A stretch of DNA of 64,000 nucleotides from positions 672,001 through 736,000 of the forward strand of contig CBDCXM010000008.1 in the NCBI GenBank assembly GCA_965223855.1, in the 5' to 3' direction. Positions 37,465 to 46,435 of the stretch are shown here, one piece after another. The notes under the pieces were generated by a model, which was not told the DNA's origin, ran no database searches, and saw only the letters and a list, made by a program, of their open reading frames with translations. A program made the translations under genes and the position numbers. The first letter of the stretch is position 1; every line of letters starts with the position of its first letter. This DNA is from Candidatus Multivoradales bacterium. Its GTDB lineage: Bacteria; Acidobacteriota; Thermoanaerobaculia; Multivoradales; JAHEKO01.

Positions 37465-39981
37465 TCAGGGCTGCGGCGCATCGCCAACGAGCCATACGCC
37501 GGCCACGGCTACTCCGATGGGTCGCCCGTGGCGAAGGAATGTATCGCTTTGGATTGTCACGGTTGCAGCCCCCCTAAGATTAGTGCCTTCAACCGGGAAC
37601 TCTCCTGACCAAGGCGCTTCGGCCACGCGTCCTTCAAACAAGGGCTTCTCGTTGACCAAGACCCTGACCAAGCTCCCACCATCTCGCACCGCCCCGAGAC
37701 GTATCCTGACCGCTCGGAGCGCTCCCCGACCCTCCGCAGGGAGCGGAATCGAGAGGCGCCCGTTTCCGTTGGTCCATCGGATCACGCTTCCATCTGGGTA
37801 GATCTCAGAGTGTCTGAACCCCGACTCGGCCACCCTCGGGTCTCGTCGGACACCCAGGCGGACCCCAACGAAGCTCGGTACTTCTCCAAGACGATCAGGG
37901 ATTCGCCGCAGCTCGCAGTCTCTCGCTCCCTTGGTCCATTCGAGCACCTCCACCTCATTGAATCCATTCCTGATGACCTGCTCAGGCACGATCGCTGAGA
38001 ACAGAGCTCCGGCCGACTCGTGACGGTATGGACGGGTGAAGGCCCATACCCTGCCGTTGACTGCGATGGCCAAAGCAGATTCGTGCGCCCCCGGCCCAAA
38101 GACCGTTCCTACGATCTCCGCGGGTACGAAGCCGCTTTCGCGGTCTACCACCGAGAGTGCGTTCGGTTCCTGGAGGACGACGCTCAGCCGCGACTGCGAA
38201 CTACATGGGGTGTCAGGCAGGTCCATTCCGAGGCGTTCGCTGCCGAAGGTGGGCGCCGGCCACCTGTGTTCTTCACCCGAGCCGAGCAGGATGGTCTTTA
38301 GCCTGGCAGCTTCCACGATTGAGGCGACGGAAACGGGTCCCCAGTCCTCCACGCCAGCGAGCGGGCACCGCAGCGCTTCCCCGCCTACAGCCTCGGTGCG
38401 CAGTTGTGTCGAGCCTGCGAGGGCCGCCAGCGTCATGCTCAGGACATCCACGCTCTGAACAGGGCGATCGTCAGGGCCTCCTTGCAGCTGGCCAGGCATT
38501 TTCACGAACAGGGGAACGCCTGCGATGTCTGAGTAGTTGGCCTGGGTCAGGCCGCGAACCGGCTGGCCTGGCTGAAACGACAGGCCGTGGTCGGCCGTCA
38601 CAACAAGGAGCGACTCCTCGTAGAGCCCGGAGTCGTCCAGAGCAGTCAGGAACTCCCCGAGGAGTTGGTCGACAAAGCCGAGCTGAAGCAAGTGCCTCTG
38701 CTGACTGTGCAGTGCGACCCACGGATCCTCCGGAAGGCGAGTCCAAATTCCTCCAGGTTCAATACCTCTTCGGTATTGGATACCCGACGGCAGGTAGATG
38801 TATGGCGGATGCGGTAGTACCAAGTGCGCGAACCAGAGGGTTGGGCTCTTCGTATCGCGAATGCTCGCGACTAGAGCCTGGTACTCCTGGAGTCGCTGAG
38901 CCCGGCCACCCTCGCTCTGAGGCCCAGGATGCCGCTTCGATTCAGAGAACCGGCCCCAGGAGTCGCTGATGTCCGGGAGCAGGCGGCTCGCCCACCCACT
39001 TGGCAGGATGCTGTGGCCGAAGACGACGAGGGAGTCCAGCGACAGGGTGACGAGTCTTCTGGGGAAGGCTGCGTTCGTTGACTCACATAGCCAGGGTGGG
39101 CACAGCAGGGTTAAGGGCTCAATGGCGGCAACGTTGTACACACCGCCCAGCCGGGTGAAGAGATTCACCGGATACCCTCGAAACGTCGGCGGTATACCAG
39201 CCTCGGGGCACCGACCGCTCAGTAGCGCGGGCACAGCTTGGGTCGTCAGTGGAGCAGCGGCCGTCGCACGTCGATACCAACTCGTTTCTCGGGCAAGCCG
39301 GGCAAACGCTGGATACCGAACCTCATCGACTCTCCCCTCCGGCGTAAGTAGCGAGTTGGTTGGCAGCGCATCGAAGACGACGAACGCTATTGGCGGCCTT
39401 GTGTCCGCGCGGAGAACTGGCGCAGGCGTCTCGTGCTGCGCAGGTAGCCAGAGTTCCTTTATTCCCGGTCTCAGAAGGAACGCCATCGCGAAGACCACCG
39501 AGAATATGGCCGACAGCTGCACGAACCTTCTCGCCGGGGCGCTCGTGGACAGAACGACGCTTGCTACCCCACCTAGTCCGCAAGCTAGGGCTGCTGCTAC
39601 GAGCGGCGCTGCGCCCGGGAGCGTCGATGTAAGGCCCGGCAAAGCCCCGACAGCAACCAACAACGCGTCGCTCGATCTATGGCCAAGCCACCGCGCTCGC
39701 GAGCCAAGGAGGCCAAGCGTTTCGAGCAATGCTATCCAGACTGCGGGCACACTGGCCGAAATCACTAGGGTGAAGGCCACGACCTCGAGGCCGCGAAAGC
39801 GGTGTAGGAGGAAGAACTCCGGATAACGACCCAGCACATCGTAGAGCGGCTGTGCAATACAGAAGCTATATAGGGCGACGACTCGGGCGAACCTCTTGCG
39901 TGCGCTTCTGCTCGCCGTCCCGGACTTCGGAGGCAAACTTGTGACGTCGCGCGCTAGTCGGCTAGGCACTGGGTCGTTCAC
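37465..39981 (-). CDS. Membrane-anchored sulfatase-like (alkaline phosphatase superfamily) protein
   Basis: N-terminal TM helices; VVFDALP, HLVLPHPPY, VTADHG. Confidence 0.8.
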   Translation of the reverse strand: MNDPVPSRLARDVTSLPPKSGTASRSARKRFARVVALYSFCIAQPLYDVLGRYPEFFLLHRFRGLEVVAFTLVISASVPAVWIALLETLGLLGSRARWLGHRSSDALLVAVGALPGLTSTLPGAAPLVAAALACGLGGVASVVLSTSAPARRFVQLSAIFSVVFAMAFLLRPGIKELWLPAQHETPAPVLRADTRPPIAFVVFDALPTNSLLTPEGRVDEVRYPAFARLARETSWYRRATAAAPLTTQAVPALLSGRCPEAGIPPTFRGYPVNLFTRLGGVYNVAAIEPLTLLCPPWLCESTNAAFPRRLVTLSLDSLVVFGHSILPSGWASRLLPDISDSWGRFSESKRHPGPQSEGGRAQRLQEYQALVASIRDTKSPTLWFAHLVLPHPPYIYLPSGIQYRRGIEPGGIWTRLPEDPWVALHSQQRHLLQLGFVDQLLGEFLTALDDSGLYEESLLVVTADHGLSFQPGQPVRGLTQANYSDIAGVPLFVKMPGQLQGGPDDRPVQSVDVLSMTLAALAGSTQLRTEAVGGEALRCPLAGVEDWGPVSVASIVEAARLKTILLGSGEEHRWPAPTFGSERLGMDLPDTPCSSQSRLSVVLQEPNALSVVDRESGFVPAEIVGTVFGPGAHESALAIAVNGRVWAFTRPYRHESAGALFSAIVPEQVIRNGFNEVEVLEWTKGARDCELRRIPDRLGEVPSFVGVRLGVRRDPRVAESGFRHSEIYPDGSVIRWTNGNGRLSIPLPAEGRGALRAVRIRLGAVRDGGSLVRVLVNEKPLFEGRVAEAPWSGEFPVEGTNLRGAATVTIQSDTFLRHGRPIGVAVAGVWLVGDAPQP

Positions 39982-40279
39982 CGACCCGGCCTCTGAAAGT
40001 GGAAGAAGGGATTAGCCATCGCAAGAAGTAGGTCGGGTAGCAGGGAGCCGAATCTGATCTGCTCAGTGTCTTGGTATCTGCCAGCAGGAGACCTGCTACC
40101 ACCAACCGTCTCGATGGCCTGGATGGTCTGCCCTACTCGCTTGAGCGCTACGGGTTCCTCGTCGTTCCTGCCCCTGTGCCGGCCTCGGCGTTTGCTACCT
40201 TCTTCCTTGACTGGAACGCGCGAATCTGACCGGGACTGGCCCAAACCTGACGCTTGCTTCCCTCCTGGCTCGTTAGTTG

Positions 40280-40740
40280 GTACGCTGAGGAGCAGATCGT
40301 CCGGGTGCTTCGCCAGGCCGCTTCGCGCAAGAAGGTCAAGGTCCTCCGTAAACACGGGATCTCGGAGCAGACCTAACTACGGGTGGAAATCGAAGTGCGG
40401 CGGCATGGAGGTCTCCCACTCGAAGCGGCTGAACCACGCTCGAGACAGAGAACCGCCGGCTCAATCGCTCGACAAGCAGATGCTGCCGGAGTGCTGGACC
40501 AAGGGTGGTGAAGCCCGCTGCGCACAAGCTGGCGGTGCGCTGGCTTCGCAGGCGTCTCAGCGTGAGCGTGCGGAGGACTTGCCAAGTAGTGCGGATTGCT
40601 TGATCGACGTGCCGCTACCGGTCCCAGCTTCAGGAGCCGCCTATTCCGCGGGAGCGCCTCTCGGCGCCAGCCCGGAGAGTAGGTGTCCCGGAAGGCGCGT
40701 GGATCGACCGATCGGAGCACCATCGAGCTCTCCGCCGCGG
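40280..40740 (+). mobile_element. IS3-family transposase remnant (orfA and start of orfB)
   Basis: EEQIVRVLRQA, KHGISEQT, YGWKSKCGGMEVS, LDKQML, VSVRRTCQV, with stops and frameshifts. Confidence 0.75.
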
Positions 40741-40849
40741 AGAGGCGAATCCGTCGAGACGCTTCGCCTCGAAGGACGGTCTCGAGCTAGCTCCGATCCC
40801 TTGCTGGGAGCAGCTCGACCAAGCCGGCTATCGCAAGCGAGTCCGCGAG

Positions 40850-41110
40850 ATGGTCAACGCCACCGAGAAGGCGCATGAGGAGACCGGCAGGACCGAACTG
40901 GGGCGCAAGGCGATCCTGGCGCAGGATCCTCACGACGGGCCCGAGCACTTGGAGCGTACGCCTGCACCGAGATTCCATGCCCGCGACGGCAAGCCGCATC
41001 GGGGGATGGAAGAGGCCTACGGTGGTTGGTGATCGAGTACCGCTCCGCTTCGGAGAAGCTCCGCAGAGGCCGACAGGCGTGCTTTCCCGAAGGCTGCTTC
41101 CGTCCACCGT
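40850..41110 (+). mobile_element. Possible C-terminal remnant of a Y1/REP-associated-type transposase
   Basis: LGRKAILAQDPH...PAPRFHA...EYRSASEKLRRG...FPEGCF resembles tails I recall from such proteins; no HUH motif is present. Confidence 0.45.
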
Positions 41111-41360
41111 AAAACCAGCCGGTGGCGGTGAGCGCCAGGTAGCTGCAAGCTACCTCTGCGGAGGGTGGTCTCCGCCATCTCGTCGGGGATCGCGGATTCC
41201 TCCATTCGTCCAGACTCCGGAGAGGGCACCGCGACGACCTCGAATGCCTTCGCGTCAGCGCTTCAGCAGTCGAGAAGCAGGTCAACCGCCCGGTTTCGAG
41301 CCGTGTGCCACGGCGAAGAAGCGAGCCACGACAAGTTGGGCGAGCCGAGAAGGGATTCTC

Positions 41361-41429
41361 GATCATTCACCCGGAACCCCTCTCCCTCCCTGCCCGGGGG
41401 ATCATTCACCCGGAACCTCTCTCCGGGAG
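41361..41429 (+). repeat. Tandem REP-like units GATCATTCACCCGGAACC (2 copies)
   Basis: Exact 18-mers at 41361 and 41400; the second copy forms a CCCGGA...TCCGGG hairpin. Confidence 0.7.
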
Positions 41430-41715
41430 AGCGCTACAGCGATGACCGTCGCCGTTGCTTCAACGGGCGCGCAGAGCGCCGATGCTGAGCCCCGCCCTAG
41501 ATATGTCTCGCGTCCTCGTTGCGGGTGCCGCGCAAGTGAGTGCAAACCTAGGTGTGGAGTCTCAAGACGTTGTTCGGTAGCTGGTTCCCATCTCCTGAGA
41601 GTGGACCTTTCGCCTTCTTTCTCCTAGCTCGAGGCACCCCCTCCAACTTCTAGTTGGAGCCTAATCGCTATCGACGGTTGGAACGAGTCCTGCACCCTGA
41701 TCGCGGTGCGAACGA

Positions 41716-41743
41716 TGAGTTGAGAATGCGGGATTTGGCGCGT
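41716..41743 (+). promoter_or_regulatory. Putative promoter TGAGTT-N17-CGCGT
   Basis: Motif match; continues CGCGTACCT exactly as at peptide cluster 1. Confidence 0.6.
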
Positions 41744-41865
41744 ACCTACTGGAGCCTACGACACGCAGAACGTGGAGGTTCTGCTCTGGCGCACGAGACG
41801 TAGGCGACCCGGCAAGCACGTCGAACAGAACCGGATCCTACCGAATCACAAGAAAGGTGCTCGAC

Positions 41866-42270
41866 ATGAATCGGAAGCGTCGCGTAGGTGCTCTCGTCGT
41901 TGCCACAATGCTACTTCTTGGCGGCCAGCTCTATGCACTGGACCCCAACGGCTGCGCAGACCCCAACCACGATGACGACGACGACAAACCTCATCTTTGC
42001 GCCCTTCCAGGGGCCTGCCAGCCGGGCGACCTGATTGGCGAGCGGTGGAGCCACTTTGGATACCAGCGGTCCGGGGAGACCTGGGTCGAGTGCGGCATCC
42101 AGGGTTGCCGCGGCATCATTCGATGCGTCTGCAATGGAGCAACAAGCTATGTAGCGACCCCCTTCAAGAACTTCGTTTCGTGCGACCCAGCGGAGGAGAC
42201 CTGCAAGGCAGCTGACTATCCGCCTAGCTGGGGGACGCCAGCCACTCCAGCGGCCTGTCCACCGTGCTAG
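41866..42270 (+). CDS. Small secreted Cys-rich protein (11 Cys), paralog 1
   Basis: AAAGGTG RBS; signal peptide; CADPNHDDD..PHLCALPG motif. Confidence 0.8.
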   Translation: MNRKRRVGALVVATMLLLGGQLYALDPNGCADPNHDDDDDKPHLCALPGACQPGDLIGERWSHFGYQRSGETWVECGIQGCRGIIRCVCNGATSYVATPFKNFVSCDPAEETCKAADYPPSWGTPATPAACPPC

Positions 42271-42444
42271 ATGTTCGGGCTCCACAGTCGCGGCATCGAC
42301 GGCCTCTGCCAGGGAGAAGCGGTCCTCTAGCAGGACCGGGCTTTTGGCTTGCCCCGTTGAGCGCGCGCGGAGTTCCTCTTTCCTCACCCACTCGACGCTC
42401 GAGCGATCCCCTACGGGGCTCTTGAAGTGAGCGCCCGGCGCCAA

Positions 42445-42472
42445 TGAGCCACTTGCAACAGCGTTCGCGCGC
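42445..42472 (+). promoter_or_regulatory. Putative promoter TGAGCC-N17-CGCGC
   Basis: Motif match 95 nt before ATG 42567. Confidence 0.55.
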
Positions 42473-42566
42473 TCTGGATAGAGCGAGATCCCGGGGCCAG
42501 AACCAATTGGGAAGCAGCCCAGATGGCCTCTTGAGCACGAAAGACTTCCCTCGCAGAAAGGTCAGA

Positions 42567-43004
42567 ATGAGAAGCATAGCAATCAAAAGAAGCCTTCGTT
42601 TCGGAATTATTCTTCTTGCTCTCACGGTGGCCCCCGCACCTGCCGGGGCGGCTGATTCGAATCCGTGCGCAGACCCGAACCACGATGACGACACCGATGC
42701 CCCCCACCTTTGCGCGCTGCCAGGGACTTGCCTTCCCGGGGACATCGTAGGCGATCGCTTCGGTCATTCCGGCGTTGGCGTCTCAGGCCTGACCAGAATC
42801 AGATGCGACCCAGGAGGCTGTCGGGGGCGTATTCAATGTCAGACTTGCGCTGGGACGACGTACCATCGCTATACCCCTCTGAAGAACTACGTGATCTGCA
42901 CGTCCGAAGCGGGCAATCAGTCAACCTGCAAGGCGAGCGACTATCCGGTATCTTGGAATGCTGGTGTAACGACTGTTGCCTGCTACGAAGAAGTTTGTCC
43001 CTAG
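42567..43004 (+). CDS. Small secreted Cys-rich protein (11 Cys), paralog 2
   Basis: GAAAGG RBS; signal peptide; same Cys scaffold as 41866-42270. Confidence 0.8.
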   Translation: MRSIAIKRSLRFGIILLALTVAPAPAGAADSNPCADPNHDDDTDAPHLCALPGTCLPGDIVGDRFGHSGVGVSGLTRIRCDPGGCRGRIQCQTCAGTTYHRYTPLKNYVICTSEAGNQSTCKASDYPVSWNAGVTTVACYEEVCP

Positions 43005-43060
43005 GCTCCGCGACCAGGCCTGGCCAAGCGAGTGTTCAAGAGCTGTATGGGATTGCCGGG

Positions 43061-43612
43061 TTGATTCACGGTCCGATTCCTTTCGGTTGCGTACTCACAC
43101 TGGCTGTCCTGCTCGGGTGGACGCTGCCTTCAGCTCTCCAAGGAGAGGAGGCCGATGCCTGTCGGCCTGAGGCAACGACTCACTTGGGCGAGATCAACGC
43201 CACTCTTCTATCCATCAGAGACGCCATGACTTCTAGTGCGGAGGTCCGTCAACTGGAGCTGCTGTTTCGGCGGGCCGAGCTCGCTACAGCCAGAGTTGGA
43301 ACCTTGGAGAGTCAGCTTCGGTCAGCCTACGGCGAAAGAGAGACGGTACAGCGACGGTTGGAGCTCGGAGAGCTACAGATTGTCCAGATGGCCGAGGTCA
43401 ATGATCAGGATCACAAACCGATCGGCGCCACCGACAAGTATCACGCCCGACTGCTCCGACAGCTGAAGGCCACCCAGGAGAGGGTTCAGGCGCGACTTCA
43501 CAGTCTAGATCTAGACATTGCTGCCATCCAGAACGAACTGGCAGCCAAGGAGATTGAGGTCGAAGAGTGGACGGACGCTTTGGATCGACGGCTGCTTCCT
43601 GCGCCGGACTGA
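43061..43612 (+). CDS. Secreted coiled-coil protein; start uncertain
   Basis: Hydrophobic signal followed by heptad-rich L/E/Q/R sequence. Confidence 0.6.
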   Translation: MIHGPIPFGCVLTLAVLLGWTLPSALQGEEADACRPEATTHLGEINATLLSIRDAMTSSAEVRQLELLFRRAELATARVGTLESQLRSAYGERETVQRRLELGELQIVQMAEVNDQDHKPIGATDKYHARLLRQLKATQERVQARLHSLDLDIAAIQNELAAKEIEVEEWTDALDRRLLPAPD

Positions 43613-43795
43613 CGCCGGCCGAGACAGGCTCAAGCGAGCCCAACCGGGAACCAGCGGCAAATCGTCGATCGCCAGTGTCTTGACCTGCTGAGGCCCGGCC
43701 ACGAGCAAGCTCGAGGTCGCTCGAGTTCATTCGACGCGAGGAACGAGGCCACATCCGGCGAGACGGCGACTTGCGTCTGTCGTCGCCACCCGACT

Positions 43796-43820
43796 ATTCA
43801 CCCGGAAGCTCTCTTCGGGA
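43796..43820 (+). repeat. Third REP-like hairpin unit
   Basis: ATTCACCCGGAAGCTCTCTTCGGGA, related to the 41361 and 41400 copies. Confidence 0.55.
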
Positions 43821-44044
43821 AGCTATCTTCGGGTCTGAGACGGCGACTGAATACCGGGCGCGCTGTGCGCGAGCCCCTCAGCATCCGTCTCACTTCCGAG
43901 CGGCAGCGACTTCCGAGTGTCTCGTTCCAACTAGGCAGCGGCGCAAGCCTCGACGGAAGAAGGGGTGGTCGATTCCGGCTCTCGGTCCCATGTGCCTACG
44001 CTGCAACCCTGCCGTAGCCGTCTGCGGCGCGCCGCTCCATCCGC

Positions 44045-44542
44045 CTATTGAGGAGGCATCGCTGGACCGCAACGATAGGTTACCTGGCTGTAGTTGGCCC
44101 GCTGACACGAAACCTCCTGCCCTTCGGCATAGGCCTCCACACCCTCGCAGGTGATTGGAGATGCGTCGTTGGGGCAGTTGGCCCAAGCCTTGGCTGCCGG
44201 TTCAGAACCTCCGTCTGTCCACGTCATCCATTGGTCGCTCCACCGTCTGCCGAAGCAAGCCGTCAACGTTGGTGCGTCAGCAAGATTCACGGAGTGACAG
44301 GGCTCGTCTGTAGGGTTGTCGACCATCCCGCCCTCCTCGTCGATGCCAGGGTTGTCGGGGCCGGTTCGCGGATGGCTCCGTGCTCCGGCGTGGGGCATCC
44401 AATGAGGGCATTCGTCGTCGAAAACGGGCTCGACTTGCGCTTCAAGACTCAACCCGCAGAGAAGGGCTGCTAGTAGCGCAAGCGCCGCGGCCCAGAGTAG
44501 CCGGTGTCGGCCGAGATCAGGTGAGTTGGCATCCTGCTTCAC
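44045..44542 (-). CDS. Small secreted Cys-containing protein
   Basis: AAAGGAG RBS before GTG; signal peptide ending LEA-Q; 7 Cys in the mature part. Confidence 0.7.
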   Translation of the reverse strand: MKQDANSPDLGRHRLLWAAALALLAALLCGLSLEAQVEPVFDDECPHWMPHAGARSHPRTGPDNPGIDEEGGMVDNPTDEPCHSVNLADAPTLTACFGRRWSDQWMTWTDGGSEPAAKAWANCPNDASPITCEGVEAYAEGQEVSCQRANYSQVTYRCGPAMPPQ

Positions 44543-44598
44543 GGGAACTCCTTTGGACGGGGTGACGGTCGAGACTCGCTCGGGGTGCTACATGAAGA

Positions 44599-44626
44599 CC
44601 GCGAGGGAACTGCGTTCGTTGACTCA
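44599..44626 (-). promoter_or_regulatory. Putative promoter TGAGTC-N17-CGCGG
   Basis: Motif match 57 nt before GTG 44542. Confidence 0.6.
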
Positions 44627-44719
44627 GCAGGCTTGGAGCGAGTCAGACTCCGGAACTGTTCAGGCGCTTGCAGTTCCCGCCAGCAATCCAAGTGAGATCG
44701 ATCTCCCTTGGAAGGAGTT

Positions 44720-44808
44720 GGAGCTGCGTCGAACGGCGCGCTCCGGGAGCCAGTCTGGGCGCTGAAAGCAGCCAAATCGCAGGCTCCGTGGTCCTGGCTG
44801 GCGCCCGC
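44720..44808 (+). repeat. ~90-bp imperfect direct repeat, copy 2
   Basis: Aligns with 37185-37275. Confidence 0.8.
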
Positions 44809-44929
44809 CTCTTCGGCGCCCGGCGCGCGCTCAGACGTCGGGGATCGTCTGTCGCCGGACGCTCCCCAAGATCCTCCATGCGCCTGCGCTCCTCTTCCAC
44901 TTGCCGGGAGCCTCTGGCGCTCGGCGTGA

Positions 44930-45958
44930 CTAGCGATGCGGATCGGTGGGGCCAGGGGAAGTTCTGTACTGAAGCGCTACGCTGACGAGAATCAAGCACA
45001 AAGCCAGGCCCGGAACCCACCAGGCGCCCCTCGAGACCAGAACAAGGACGACAATCATCAGCGCAGTCCCTCTAAGCAAGCTGCCAGGTCGTGCGCTCCG
45101 CAGGAAACTCATCAGGTCCGCCAGCCACTTGAGAAGATCCCGACGGGCGATCAGTAGAACCACCGACATGACCGTCAACACCGCCGGCCTGCCCCAGGTG
45201 GAAGGCGGAGTCGGTAGATTGACCAGAGCGTGCGCAAAGATGACTGGGAGGAGAGTCTCTGTGCGCACGAACACATAGCCCGCGAAGAGTGAACCAAGGG
45301 CGAGGCTCGCCAACATGATGAGGCTCAGGGCCTCGAGGACAAGATACTGGCCGTGAGCAAGGGTGAAGAAGAGCGTGGAAAGGAGAACGGCCTCCGACTG
45401 GGCGAATCCGTCGGACAGACGGGTCACGAGGTAGCCCCGAAAGTAGAGCTCTTCGACCACCGGGACGAGCAAGAAACTGCTCGCTGCCATGAAAGCGAGA
45501 AAGCCGAGCGACCAGCTGGTGGGGAAAAGGGCCCAATGGCCTGGCCCGCTTCCGAGGGCAGGATAGAAAGTGGCCAGCAACTGAACGGCGTTCGGCAGCC
45601 AGCCCATGGCGGCCCAGAGAACGAAGCCCAGAGCCAGACTCTGGCCAAAGGTTCGACCCCCGGAGCGCATGCCATAGCTCTGAATACGTCGGCGACGCAG
45701 CCAGTAGCCGAGAACGTAGAAGAGTGCGAGGGCAAGCCCGTACTTGAGCGCCTGTTCGATCGTTGCGAGTCGGGCGAGCTCCCAGAAGTCCGGGGTCCCA
45801 GATACCACCATCTCTGACTGGACGACCTTCCACTGCGGAACTCCCAAGCCTGCCTGCACGAACCTGCCGGCGAAGATGGCGACGATCAGGACGCCGACGA
45901 CCTCCAGGATCGCTGCAAGCTCAGTTGTTCGGGACGAGGTCGATACCGTCAAAACCAC
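44930..45958 (-). CDS. CPBP (CAAX/Abi-type) intramembrane metalloprotease
   Basis: EELYFRG, FTLAH and HALVN motifs; multiple TM helices. Confidence 0.9.
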   Translation of the reverse strand: MVLTVSTSSRTTELAAILEVVGVLIVAIFAGRFVQAGLGVPQWKVVQSEMVVSGTPDFWELARLATIEQALKYGLALALFYVLGYWLRRRRIQSYGMRSGGRTFGQSLALGFVLWAAMGWLPNAVQLLATFYPALGSGPGHWALFPTSWSLGFLAFMAASSFLLVPVVEELYFRGYLVTRLSDGFAQSEAVLLSTLFFTLAHGQYLVLEALSLIMLASLALGSLFAGYVFVRTETLLPVIFAHALVNLPTPPSTWGRPAVLTVMSVVLLIARRDLLKWLADLMSFLRSARPGSLLRGTALMIVVLVLVSRGAWWVPGLALCLILVSVALQYRTSPGPTDPHR

Positions 45959-46095
45959 AGCTCACAGGCAAATGCTGCGTACGTTTTCGGCTCCGCAGCC
46001 AAGGCGACATCCATTCTGGTTGAGGGACCTGGACGAGGGACTCGCGACCGGCGAAGTCGTTGGCCAGCGGAGCTCAGCTGTCACCGTTCGGCAGC

Positions 46096-46147
46096 AAAAC
46101 TCCGCCCCGCCCTTGCTGCCCTCAAGGGGCCGCTCGGACGGGGCGGA
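46096..46147 (-). terminator. Possible terminator or attenuator after the peptide gene
   Basis: TCCGCCCCG/CGGGGCGGA stem followed by GTTTT on the minus strand. Confidence 0.4.
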
Positions 46148-46203
46148 CAGGCCCATCTGTTCTTGGCAGGAAGATCGCTGATGAAGCTCTCTTCCTTGTG
46201 CTC

Positions 46204-46260
46204 TCACTCCAGGATCGGCATCAGCGATTGACCTGCCTTGACCTTGGTCTTGACCTTCAA
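46204..46260 (-). CDS. Small peptide precursor MKVKTKVKAG-QSLMPILE, class I
   Basis: AAGGAGGT RBS 6 nt before TTG; directly downstream of the exporter operon. Confidence 0.85.
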   Translation of the reverse strand: MKVKTKVKAGQSLMPILE

Positions 46261-46435
46261 GCTGCCACCTCCTTCCTTCGTCTGCGGTTCGATTTCGGCT
46301 ACCCCGGGAGAGTCGGGGCGTCAGCTTGTCCGGCAACCCTCCTGAAGGTCGCGCAGATTGCAGCCTACTTGCCTCACGCGAAAACCGATTTGCTTTCGCT
46401 TCGATCCGTAAGCTCGACGGCTGATCCGGCATCGA

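Noticed and set aside
46376-46402. Possible promoter motif before the peptide at 46260
   Set aside because: CGCGT is present but the upstream element reads GAAGC; too weak to count
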